This document shows positions 49,221 to 61,819 of a stretch of 64,000 bases of DNA, piece after piece. The notes below the pieces were generated by a model, which was given only the letters and a program-made list of their open reading frames with translations, did not search any database and had not been told where the DNA came from. Position numbers and translations under genes: made by a program. The stretch is from Octopus bimaculoides (taxonomy: Eukaryota), in assembly GCF_001194135.2 (NCBI RefSeq), contig NC_068994.1:31248739-31312738 (forward strand). The letters run 5' to 3'. Positions within the stretch are counted from its first letter, which is position 1. Each line of letters starts with the position of its first letter.

Positions 49221-51479
49221 CGCCCGTGGTAATGCCGCGAGCATGTTGGCTTGCTTTAGTAGGTTTTGTTGTGGTCAGGTGCGGTTCCAGGAATTTTTCA
49301 AAGGGAGGGTACAAGGTTAGAAGGGATTATAATTCCAAGAGAAAAGGGGTGTAATAACATTATTTAGAAGGGTGAATTTCTTTTTTTGAGGGGTGGGGGG
49401 CACGTGCCCCTCAGGCCAACACCCACCCTTGGGTCCGGCCCTGATGGTATGCGACCAATTGAAGCACTTAATGTTGAATTAATGTCTCTTCTTTTTTCTC
49501 TTTCTTCGCTCGTGCTTGTGTTTTCTTCGAGTTTGGATTTGTATATCTTAATGTGGTTTTGTACCATATATGTATTATATACATAATAATTAAATTCTCT
49601 AAATTTTCAATAAATTTGCTACCATGTGTTGTGCAACCGATTAGTTTTTAATAAAATTCTGGAATTGTCTCCCTTGCATTTCTTGACCTGAGTTAATACA
49701 GGTAGATAATGGTTAAAAAAATTTTTTTAGTCAAGATGGAAGGCTGTACCTATGACTCTCTACAGGACCTCTGTGACACGAGAGAGGAAAGTTTCCTCAA
49801 ACCAGAGACCTGGCCTAAATGCTTGCAACGCAGTGCATTCTGCTAAAGGCACCCAAGTATTTGATGGTGGTCTTAAACCGGGCGACGGATTAAGTATATC
49901 ACCCATTAGTTTTTCTCCATAGCATTTTAAATTTAATTAATTAAAATGTCTTAGCTCATTACATTAAATATGGTAGAGTCCACTTTACTATTCTTTTTTC
50001 CAATAGCAGATTCCACTGGGCACTCCTTCTTTAACTCCCCCATAGACATCAAAAATTTGAACTTTGTCTCTTAATTTTAAATAATAAGAATAACTTGAAT
50101 ACATTTAACATTTTTTGTGAACATGGAGTACAGATAACTATCATCATGAAAACAGAAACTGCTACAAAACTCTTTATTCACATAAAATCAAATAAATGTT
50201 CAATTTCATTTAACATTTAGCATTTTTAAAATATAAATCAGGAGAAAAAAATATGCATTTAACCGATAAGTTTAATCATTGCAAAACAGTTAGACGCATG
50301 CAATTATTCTGTGTAATTAATCTGGTTTTAATGCATACATACGTAAATAAATGGCATCAGGTTCAAAACACAAAGAATGGCAGACTGAACCATCCAAATG
50401 TCTATTAAAATTCTAGAATATGCTTAATTTTTAATAAAGTATACTATTAAAAGATAATTAAGTCAATTTAATGAATTTTAATAATCATAGGCCCCTCATT
50501 ATCTAAAAAATATAATTTCATAAAATATCATTTACACTACATGTCTACAAAAATATCATTTAATAAAATATTATTTTCACATATCTACAAAATTTCTGTT
50601 GTTTTATGTCAATAAAATATATTAATCTTAGCAGTCACACACGTAAAACGATTTATTTGGAAATTGTATGAATGTAGCATGTCATTTCTTATGTTTGTTT
50701 AAAGGCTGACTATGCATCCCTATTTTAGAAGTCTAGTAATTATCACTAGGTAGGAAGTCCTGAAAACCACAGCAGGTTGAACACATTTAGTGAGAAAACC
50801 CCTTTTGTACATGAATGTAGAGTAGCGTTAATTGAAGATAGCCGAAATCCTCACTCAACCGGCAGAGAAACACTAAATGAAATCAAAACAATGTCGAACA
50901 GTCTTACTGATTGACTGACACTTCTTGTCCTACCTGTGGTTACTCAAATATTTCCCAACGTAGATTACAAACATCGCTACCTAAGAGACTACATATAAAA
51001 AGATAGAGAAATAAACCTAATGATATCATTGTAAAGTGAAATTGAAAGGAAAGAAAGAAGACATTAAAACAATAATTGAAAAGAACAACAAAAAACCCTT
51101 GATGTTCCTTACTCTATAAGATTTGGACCTTATTAGTAGTGGGGACCTGACACCGGTTCCAACGCAAACACACAGACAACTCCCTCCAGTGGGCGAAAAA
51201 AATTCCAGCTCAAAACAAGAAGAGACGGCACTGACGAAAGGTAAACAAAGCATTCATATCATATTTCTTCTTTCTCTTCTTCCTTATTCTTCTCATTCAA
51301 CACGCTCATATACGTGCACACACTCATACATATATGCATGTGTATATATATACATATCTATGTCAACATTATATATAATTTGTTTACTCTTTTTGTCTCT
51401 CTATCATCCTCTACTTGTCTCCATCTCATTATCCATTTGTCTTTATCTTTCTTCTCGTCTTTGCTAGCTTGCATGAATG

Positions 51480-53010
51480 TTGTTGTTGTTGTTGAGCCCC
51501 AGGCCAGCTCTGATCCAAAAGGCCTATTATCAAAGGCGTTCCAGCCGTGATCGTCCCATCTTTTATTTATAAATAGTGTGTTTCGAACAACATTATTCGA
51601 TGTGTCCTTCTTTAAGACAAAAGGGTATGATTCGACAGGAATATAGCTGCTATTTCTAGCATGCCGAACGACCATGAAAAAGTTCCTTACTGAATAATGT
51701 GTATTTCTCAAAATATAATTACACGCACATACGTTCACACATGCACACACACACGCCCTGGACTCATGCACCTACTTTATATTTTGCTTGTACATTTATA
51801 GATATAACTAGCCCCACCACGAAATAAGAAAATCATCTTGTATATATTTCATTACTATCATTTTATATACATTTCTGTATGTATTTATGTGTTAGCATGT
51901 GGTTGTTTATTTGCATCTTTATTCTGATGTGTATTTGTGGTTCATATGCTTATCAGGTGTAGCGTAAATGTGTGTGCGTTTTTGACATATGTAAATTAAG
52001 TGTGTGTGTTTATGTGTATGCATATATATTCAAAGAGGAAAGGGGAGCGTAAACCGGAAACGCGCTTTAAAAATCATTAAAATATTTTGGAATTTTTAAT
52101 TATATTTCAATTATATATTTTGACCAGCTTTATTAATTTTCTTTTTGTAAATCATTAAAACGGTATTTTTTTAAATACGTAAATTCTAGAATTTTATTAA
52201 AATTTATATGCATTGTTTCCAATCCCTTTAAACAAGCATCTACTCACACGCATACGCATATACATAATGGAACATGCACTAATATATATATATATATAAT
52301 CTCACATACACAAACACACGTGTTGTTGTTTAGCATCTGGTCAGTCGTTATCTAATTTATCCCATCCATATATAAGACGGCGGGATGCGATTTGGCTGTT
52401 ATTCTTAGTTGGTCAAGCGACTGCGTAGTCTCCCCACACGTTATATAAGTCGGTATGTTGTTTAGCCACAGGTCAGTTCTAATTAATCATACTGTGATCA
52501 ACCGTAACCGTCTCGTCTCTTATTCTCACAAAGATGTGTATCAAGTACATTAAACAATTTATCATTTTCTCAGACCACAGTATATAGTAATTTGAGGGAG
52601 TTTTAGCTTATGTTTCTAACACGTCAAACGATTTCGTAGAGGCTTCCTCGTCGAATTCGTTTAGCTCTAGATCAGCACCAATTAACTAAGCTAGTTATTA
52701 AAGGTACTCCAGCCGTGATCATCTAATCTTTTCTTCAAATAGTGTATGTAGAACTCTTATTATTTCATGTGTCCTTCCCTAAGCAACTAATTCTAATCGG
52801 TGGAGCAACCAACGTAGAAGCTCCTTGTCGTTGGTGGTGGTAAATGAGCAGACTTATGACCAAAGGAAATCCAACAGTGACCATCCTGTCTTTATTTCAG
52901 GCTGTGAATCTAGGACGATGTTATAAAATGTATATCTCCTTTTTGTTTTTAAGATTGTAGGATGTTATTTGAGGGAGATTTGGTTGCTATTTGTAGTTGT
53001 TCAGGTGGCT
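51480..53010 (-). repeat. Cluster of diverged family D repeats, each starting with (GTT)n on the + strand
   Basis: Recurring ttgttgtt...ccagccgtga(t/c)c...gtgtcctt...gctatttctag units near 51480, 52320, 52455, 52660 and 52830. Confidence 0.55.
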
Positions 53011-53599
53011 ACCACATATAGAGATTATGTGTAATTTTAGAATTGAGTATATGAAATAAATTTACACATGTATATGTGTCTGTATATGCGAATACATATG
53101 GTTAAATGTTTAGGGTATTGACTTAATAAAGTAATGGCTTCTATTCCTGAACTTGGCAGTACATTGTGTCTTTGAGCATGGCACCTCATTTCTCATTGCT
53201 CTAGTCTACACAGCTGAAATGACTGCAGGTTGACTGCTTGTGTAGCTGTCCATCCAGCTGTCACGTCTTTGAATTTCTACAAGGACAAGGATGAGAAGGC
53301 AAGGGCATCTCTGTTCACAACTAAAACCTAACTACATAAAACAATTCGCAAAAGCATAGTAATACCTACCAAGTCATGCTTGCGAGTGATAGCTGCATTT
53401 TCTTTTTCTGCTTATATATATTAGAAGTACTGTTAAGTAAAGTCATATTATCAAACAAATAATCTGTTGTTATACCACAAATAGTTTACGGGCCAATAAA
53501 AGATATCCTTGTAATCAATCAGTCAGCATAGAGTTAATGGCCAAACATTAATGTGGACATGTGCTGTGTATGTATATATGTTCTATCTGATAGCCCATG

Positions 53600-54270
53600 C
53601 TTTACAAAATCCCTAAGGGTATCAATGCAGCCTGTGCAAGGGGAAATATATGTACTGTATATCCTTATGGTGTGTGTTCAGAAAGGCCAAAGGTTGTTTA
53701 ACATATTTAGAAACAGTGATTTCAATCTCTTGGATGGGTATCGATCAGGAAGACCAACTGTTCTCAATAATGATGATGCAGTGAAAACAGCAATAGAAGA
53801 AGAGTTACATTAAAGTATTGGGGACTTATCCTGGAGGCTTCATAAATCTTGGTCCACTGTGCAAGATCTCAAGCAGATTGGGAAAGTGTATGGAGAAGAG
53901 AAGTGGATACTACATTATAATGATTGGTAATGCAGGGTTAGTTCAGTGAAGAAAACCCAAGGGAAGGTAAATTCATCAGGCTGAAAAGCTCTACTTCACT
54001 CTTCTACTCACCAGATCTTGGACCATCAGATTTTCACTTATTTAGTCACTTGAACACTTTACCAGTGGAAAAACATCCAGAAGCAAGGACAGTATTGAAA
54101 TGACACTCCAAGGATTATTTTGCTTGATGAATCAATAAGTTGGCTTTAAGGTGAAAAATGTTATTGATAATGATTGGTGGTTATATTGTAAATGAATAAA
54201 TAAATTTACAATATGTTTTATGCTAATTTGAACTCATTACATAAATGCAGCATTACATTTTGGTTCCCCC
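53600..54270 (+). mobile_element. Mariner fragment with internal deletions
   Basis: FRNSDFNLLDGYRSGRP and SPDLGPSDFHLF motifs. Confidence 0.7.
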
Positions 54271-55280
54271 AAATGCATGCATGTATAGTGTGAGCTAAAT
54301 GCAATATTTGTGTTTGTTGAGACTATACTAAAAATTATTCTCCTGGAGTTCTGCAACACACGTAAACCTACTCATTTGCAATACTAACTTTAAGAAGCTG
54401 GCCAGCCTCCTGATCATCTTACCAATCAAGAAAAGCATAAGCCAGATAGATTTCATTCTTACCTGGAAACAGGAGAGTTAGAATGCCTGTGAAAATTAAG
54501 TCTTTCTCTAGTGAAGAATGCACCACCCAACCTAAACTAGTAATTAGTGATTTTAGAGTGATAGCTAAATGGAACAAAAGGCAGTCAGGAGAAGGAAGAT
54601 ATGGAAACTGAAAAAGTTGTAGGTAACATATAGCAATAGAGAAAAGAAGTTAAAGAAAACCTGCTGCAGCAACAGACCAGATCAATGGCTGGTATAAGAT
54701 TTCTGCCAGATGAAAGGTGACATGTGATGAATAGTACTGCAAATAATTGTAACACCTAAGGGGCAAGCTGAGAAAGATTGGAGGAAAGGGAAATACCTAG
54801 TTGCCAATAGAGAAGTTAGACATCAAATATATTTAGCAAGGAGATAAGCCAAAAGTAATAGGTTTACACATATATTGTGATGTGATCAAAGGCATAGACT
54901 ATTCTGGATTGCAAAGGTAGTGTATTCAAGAAAATCAAGAGTTGTTGATTTTAACAGTCTACTTTCCCTTACCAACACTGAAATAAAATAGGCATAGAAT
55001 TGCTATTTTGTTGTTGAATGAGAATTAATGGGAGAAAGAAGGCCCACCCCAAAGGAGGGACCTGTCATTGAATTTGACAACAGTACTATTGCAAGCATAA
55101 TTTTGTATATGAAGATAGGAAAGGCATGTGGACCATCAAGAATAGCTGCTAAAATGCTTAAAATATCTGGAAAGGGCTAGTCACTTGCATAGCCAGGTAG
55201 TATAGAGAAGTATCACACTCGATGACTGGCAGAGTAGTATTATTATCATCTTCTACCAGAACAAAGGAGATGCACTAGAG

Positions 55281-55648
55281 CAGTGGTTATGAACCAGGGT
55301 CCATATAAGATTTTTGGGGGCACGCAAACAAAATAGTAAATTGGGGATACACAGTATTATTCTAAAGGTCTGATAAAATTTCAATTTAGATATATTTATT
55401 GCAAGAAACAGCTAAGTTTATTTCTCTAGCATTTAATTTGACATGTTTCTGGTTGCTGAAATATGTTCTCTCAGAGAGTGCTATTACAAACCTACACGAG
55501 TGGATGTGGAGTGGGGTGGACAAAATAGGAATTTTGAACAAAGTATCTAGAAAACTAACTTTTAAACATCAAATGGCTATGGAGGTCCACCAGAATATAA
55601 ATAGTAATCAAAGAAGTCCATAGATAAAAAAATGGTTGAGAACCACTG
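55281..55648. mobile_element. hAT-type MITE 1
   Basis: TIRs CAGTGGTTATGAACC / GGTTGAGAACCACTG; flanking 8-mers CACTAGAG and CATTAGGG. Confidence 0.8.
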
Positions 55649-55656
55649 CATTAGGG

Positions 55657-55822
55657 CAGTGTTCTCCGCAACTTTTTCTCACTTGCAATACACTTATATT
55701 CTTTTCAAAATTTGGTGGAACTCCTGAACTAAAAATATAACTAAAAGTATAGGGGAAAAAATTATATTCAGGTTACACTGCGGCACACCAGTGTGTTGTG
55801 ACATACCATTTGTGGAGCACTG
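55657..55822. mobile_element. hAT-type MITE 2
   Basis: TIRs CAGTGTTCTCCGCA / TGTGGAGCACTG; flanking 8-mers CATTAGGG and CACTAGAA. Confidence 0.75.
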
Positions 55823-56631
55823 CACTAGAAGGAGAGGCAACTACAAAGGTATCAAATTGATGTACCAGATCATAAAAGATTTAAGGCACAACTGATTAAG
55901 AACAGAATTGGACTGGATGAGATGCAGTTCAGCTTTTTGTCTGAAAGAGGTACTATTGATACCTAATTCCACATGAAACAACTGCAGGAAGAGTACTTAG
56001 CTTGTAGTAAGCCACTATAACAAGTATTCATCGATCTGGAGAAAATATCTAATGGTTTATTGCTAAAGAAACTAAAATCAAATGAATGGCTTTTAAGAAC
56101 CATGCAGACTATTTACAGAAGTGCTTTCCAAGTGATAGTTAGCAGTGTGTTTAGTGATGAATTTACATGCAGGCAGAGGTCCATCAAGGTTCAGTTTTTC
56201 AGTCCCCTCTTATTTGTTAGAGCCTCCAGTCTATAAGTGTTTAAGGCTGGTTGTTTGTGGGAAGCCATCTATTTTGATGTCCAAGTTCTTGTTTGCTGAC
56301 TCTGTAAAAGATTTTGAAAAGAAATTCCAGACATAAAAGCAAAACCTAGAATTGACAGATCTCAAAGTAAACTTTATTAAGTAGGAAAGAATACAGGAAA
56401 ATGGCTGTGTTTGTGATGTAGAAATGATGTACCCGTCACAAAATCATGGATATACAAGAGGTACAGTAGAATCATAGGCAGTCTGGTAGAGAAGATGAGA
56501 AAGAATGGATTAAGATTCCTCCTTTCCCTCGTCCTAATTATCCTCAAGAAATTTGCCCACATTAAACAATAGCCTGTCCAGCAGTGGGTGATGAAAGAAC
56601 TCCATAAAACAGGTGTTGCATTTATTGCACA

Positions 56632-56731
56632 TGATTGTGTGGTTAAGAATCTCACTTTGTAACTGCATGGTTTCAGGTTCAGTCCCACTGCATGACACCT
56701 TGGACAAGTGTCTTCTACTATAGCCCCAACC
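56632..56731 (+). mobile_element. SINE family A head, truncated
   Basis: gtgtggttaag...ggttcagtcccactg...caccttggacaagtgtcttctactatagcc. Confidence 0.7.
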
Positions 56732-56759
56732 AGATGGGACATTACAATCTGAGAGGTCA

Positions 56760-59700
56760 GATACAACGAAAATGAAATTTAGAAAAGAAATGCAGTTAAA
56801 AATTTACATATAATACATGCAATGAATGATAACAACACAACAGACAACACGGATGGAGTGGTGTTTGGGTTCAGTTCCAACCCCACAAGCCCCAATTCAC
56901 CATTGATACCTTTAAGACACTTTATGATATATTCACATGGTTACAACTACTCTCAGCATTCATGCTACATATTTCCATCTTTCATTAAACATTTTCTCTG
57001 ACAGACACCTCTTCTCCAGCCCTATTTTCCTTTTCAAATGGAAAGTAAAATACCTTTGCAAGGCAAGGCCAGAGATAAAGCTGCCTGTCATTACTCCTTT
57101 CATCCCTGTCTTCCATGCTGCCTCTTCCACTAATGCTACTACGGTGAGAAAACAATTCTTACCTTCATTCGACTGAAAATTAGGTGGGTCAATTTTAATA
57201 ATTAACTCAGTCGATAGCTGTATTCTTCTTGTACCAGACAACAAGTGTTCCACATAAGCCCACATCTCTGGCACCTCCAGACACTGAACAATAGCATGCG
57301 GGACAGTTTCCCTATCCCACTCACATCTTGGGCAGGTCCCTATCCTGCTCACATCTTGGGCAGCAAACAAGGGAAACATCTGTTTCGCCAGCAGAGACCA
57401 CACCAGTTCACCGTCGAGAAGAATCCAGAAGTGCCTCAACCTCAGCACATGTCTGTGCATCAACAGCCAAGGCATCCCTAGTCCTCCCTTTAACAGTCTG
57501 ACAGTAAATAGAAGAGTGTTTTACAAGTGGCTTTGAGCCCTTCCACAAAAGGTGAAAGAGCTGTTTTTCCAATTTGGTCAACCATGAGCCTGGGCAAGGA
57601 ACGATGGTTAGGTCGTAGGTAATGACTGATGCGATGAACACATTGGCCACCTCCGCCCACCCTTTCAGAGACAGCCACTGCCAAGACCAGGTCCTGACTA
57701 TCTGAGCCACCTTGCTTGAAACCTCGTCCCAGTTCTCTACCTGGAGGTTTGGACCAAACCAGACCCCTAGCAACTTAACCGGGCCCTCTGTCCAATGTCC
57801 TACGACGCTGTCTGAAAGCATTGACTTGCTTCTCCAGTTGCTGAGTTGCAAGCTGACTGATTTTTCCCGGTTAATCTTTGCTCCTGCTACCGTCTCGTAA
57901 ACCACAATGGCCTTCCCTACCTCTTGTAGGTATTCCATTTTATTTACGCTGATGGTGATGTCGTCCGCATAAGCTGAAACCAACTCTCCACATCCTGGCT
58001 CTCTCAGGATGCCACTCAACCTTTGCAGTAATGGCTCAAGAGCCATCACATACAAAAGCGAACTGAGCATTTGATACAGAACGGTCTTGATAGAAAACCG
58101 TTCACTCGAATGATTGAGTCAATGTTTTCATACAATTGTATTTTCCACCTAAGGAAGCCAAGACCCAGGCCGAACTGTGCAAGAACAGTCACCAGATAAT
58201 GATAGTCAACCCTATCAAAAGCTTTAGATTGGTCTAAATGTACCAATGCCCCACCTTTGCCAGATTTACTCTCTATGCTTCCCTGATCAGACCATCCGCG
58301 ACATGTGCCAACCTTTTTGCTAGCACCTTGGCCAAAATCTTCACTTCTGTGTTTAGTGGAGTGATGGGCCAGAAATTATACATATGATCCCCCTTGTCCG
58401 GGTCCTTTCTGATCAGTGTCACCACTCCCCGGCACACAAATCGGGGAATGAACCCATTCTGTTGCCAGCTCATGTACACACTAGCCAGCAGGCGCCCAAA
58501 CAAGCCTGGCATACACTTATATAACTCATAGGGTAGACCATACAGTCCTGGTGACTTAACTACACCACAGTCTGCCACAGCCTCAATCACCTTAGGTATG
58601 ATCGGCCCTTCACAAGACTCTGTATCCTGCCCTGAGAGGCACAGCAGCCCAACAAGGAAGACCGCAAGGTCCCTCCTACCACCTGGTCCATCGCTCCCCC
58701 TGAAAAGCTGGGTGAAGTGCTCCTAAAAAGCCTTACACATTTCTTTGGGTTCATTTATCAATACACCTTGATGATTTACCAAAGATCGAACTGTGGAATC
58801 ATTTCCATGTTGAGCTTCCACCACTTGGGTCCATCCAGTGTTCTTGAGCCCTTCGCAACCCACTGCACTTAGTCTAGCCCTGATAATGCACCCCATGTGT
58901 TGGGTTTTGAGGTGCTGGTTTAATTCCAGTCTCTTTGCCCTCACCTGGTCTGTACTGGCAGTCCCCATGGCTTCCTCTAAGTTCTTAACTAGACCCTCTT
59001 CTTTCTTATGTTCCTTACCCACTAAATTTATGCCATACCAAATAGACTCAAATTTTATCACTGGTTTTAGGGCGTACCACCATTAGTTGTTAATGATGGC
59101 TCCTGTTAATACCTTCTGAATTATCATCTTAATCCACTTTCTGTACTCCTCAATCGCCAACAGGGACGTATTGAGTTTCCAGTAGCCAGATCCCTGTCTA
59201 TGTACCTTATCTAAGTTCAGAATACAGGTAACCATCTTGTGATCACTGTAGCTAACTGGATAAAACTGTGGATGCTTAACTATGCATTTGTCTACTTTTC
59301 TAATTAAAATCTTATCTATATATGATCTGGAAGACCCGTCGCTATTTGACCATGTCCACAATGGAGCATCTGGGTGTTCCAGCCTATATGGGTCTGCTAG
59401 CTGAAAATGACTTAGCAGATCCCGGAAGCCAAGGTTACATGTCCTATCCAGTCTCGAGCCAACACAATCTACACGTGCATCGCAGATTGTGTTAAAGTCT
59501 CCTAGCAAAACTAAAGGATGTGACGAGCCTAGAAATTTCTCTAGGTCACGAAAATACTCACTTTTTTGACCAGAAACATTGGGTGCATAAATTGCAGCCA
59601 GCCTGATAGTCTTGCCACAACTGAATGTCAAGTTCAAAATGACCAGCCTACCTTCTGGATCAGAAAAAAATCAACTTTTTCTCCGAAATCCGGTTTCTTT

Positions 59701-61440
59701 TTAATAGGACCAACACCCCACCCCCACCTGTCACCTGACACAGAGAAACGTATTTCTTGTAGCTGTTCAGCAGAGATAGCAGATCTCTCGGCCCCTTCAA
59801 CCGGACTTCTGCAGCAACAATTACATCCAAATTCCATGACGATGTCATTTAGGAAGCGACTTTGCTGCCAGCTCAACATCAGCCATGTACATTTAAACAA
59901 CCAATGTGAATTGCCATAATGTCTTACCTTGATTTTTTTTTTTGTTATTCCATGGTGTCGGGTGGAGGGAGAGTCTCCACCTCTTCTTTTTTCTTAGCTC
60001 GCAGGATTGGAGTTGGTAGTCCTTCAAAAATTGATGGTAAAAAGTCTTTCCTTATCATCCCTACAGAATCCCTAAAGTTATTACTTTGGATTCTGTAGTT
60101 TTTCAAGTCTATCTCATAAATGTCATAGTTTTTGTATTTCTCCGAATGTTCATCGTTCCATATGGCAATTTTAATCATCTTCATGCTTCTTACTAGTTCA
60201 ACGTTATCTGTTTTTATAGCTACTAAGCCGTTTTCTTCTTTCTTTTCTCTTTTTGCCATCTTCTTCAGCCTCTTGTTCGATAGTACTGTTTTGGTTGGTG
60301 CAGTAGGATGTGTCTTTCTTTTGTTGCCTGCTTGGTTCTCTGTTTTCTTTTCCTCTTCCTCTCCTTCTCTGCACTTAGCACAGATGTGCCCCAGTTCATC
60401 ACACTGGAAACACCATGGCTTCCAACCCTCCACAAACACTATGAGGCTTTCATCCCCTACCTCTATTTTTTCAGGGATTCCCTCCAATGTTTGCGGCTCT
60501 GCTTGAATTATTAAATTGACTGTTTGTCCATGCGAGTTTTGTTTATCCGTGACTGACGCCTGGCAGAGTGTGATCTTCTCCTCTAGGTTCATGGTCACGG
60601 CTGCCACCAGCCACATGGCATCTACCTCTGGTGGGATTCTTCCTATTCACACCTTTGAAGTTCTTATTCCCACGTACATAGGAATGAGAGCCACATCTTC
60701 TGTTTTTAAAGCTTCTGTTGAATGGTATTGGGCTTTCTCTACATTCACCATTCATACCTCCACAGTGCCGAACTTTTTGCCTTGAGTGATATAATCAATA
60801 TCACTCCAAATATTTTGAGGCATTTTTCCACTGTCTCTCCAGACATCCTGTCTATCTCTCTGCTTTTTAAATTATACATTTTGTAAATCAGTGTTTTCCT
60901 TTTTTCTTGTAAGATTCTCTCCAGTGGTTCAACTTTCACTGCGTTGCCTTCTTTTTGAAACATTTTTTGGTACTTCTTTAGTTCATTTTTTTCTGTTGTG
61001 AGTTGCCTGGTTTAACCTTCGGCCGCCGTAGCAAAACTTTTTTTTTTCTGTTTCACCACTTTGTATACTGGGTGCATTAATCATTCTCTTCGATACTATG
61101 CTTTCTGAATCCTTTTTGTTTTTCTTTGGTGAACTTCCAGGTGAGAGTCTTGGGTACTCTTCTTGAGATTCTATATCAGACATGGTGGCAGTTACAATTT
61201 CACTAGGGTTATCGCCACACAACATATTTTTTTGTAAAACAAATAGTAATTATTCCCCCCCCCCCCAATCAGGGAATGAATAACAAATGCTTCCAAGAAG
61301 CAATAAACAGTCTTTAACAGCAAATTCAACGAGAAATTCAACAGTTCAGCAAAACAAGTAAAACAAAGTGTTCAAAAAGCAGAAAACAAGCAACAGTACA
61401 GAAAATATAACTCACAAAAAAAGATGGCTGCCATCATACT
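56760..61440 (-). mobile_element. Near full-length L1/Tx1-clade LINE, inactivated (ORF1 about 61225-59945; ORF2 59917-56960)
   Basis: ORF1 CX2CX4HX4C knuckle (CFQCDELGHICAKC); ORF2 APE (AAIYAPN, LLGDFN, SYIDKI, SDHKMV), RT (KSPG..G, LDQSKAFDRV, VSAYADDI), C-terminal CPRC..ET..HAIVQC; many stops and frameshifts. Confidence 0.92.
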
Positions 61441-61819
61441 CCTTTTTTTTATTACCCATAAAGGGTCCTTTATAGACGCTTTACACAAGACAATACAAAA
61501 CATAAAATCAGGGAAATAAAATTACAGAAAAGGAAATCGAACAAAGAAGAAAAAAGAAAAGAAACGAATGAAATTATGAACACTGTACATGATGAATATC
61601 CAATACCAAACAAACTTAAATCTTCATAATTAAACTGCATTAAACTTTGACAAGCTTACCTTTACCTATTCTGGGTTACTTGAAAGGTATTGTTCCTTTC
61701 CCTCTCTTCTATTTGTTGATACCTTCGTTTACCTACCAATGTGTTGTTTCACTTTAAGGATGGTATTTACCCATCTTTTATGATATTTTGACTGTTGTCC
61801 GTTGCTTCAAATGTGTTTT

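Larger units (their letters stand above)
54600..56370 (+). mobile_element. Decayed RTE LINE RT interrupted by two MITEs
   Basis: KGDALE..NYKGIK reading rejoins across 55281-55822; later QGSVFSPLLF-like motif near 56185. Confidence 0.7.

Noticed and set aside
49276-49443. MITE with CAGG(T/G)GCGG-type termini
   Set aside because: Only about 11/16 TIR identity and no TSD
59566-60785. Plus-strand ORFs of 82-124 aa
   Set aside because: Antisense shadows of Tx1 ORF1 and ORF2
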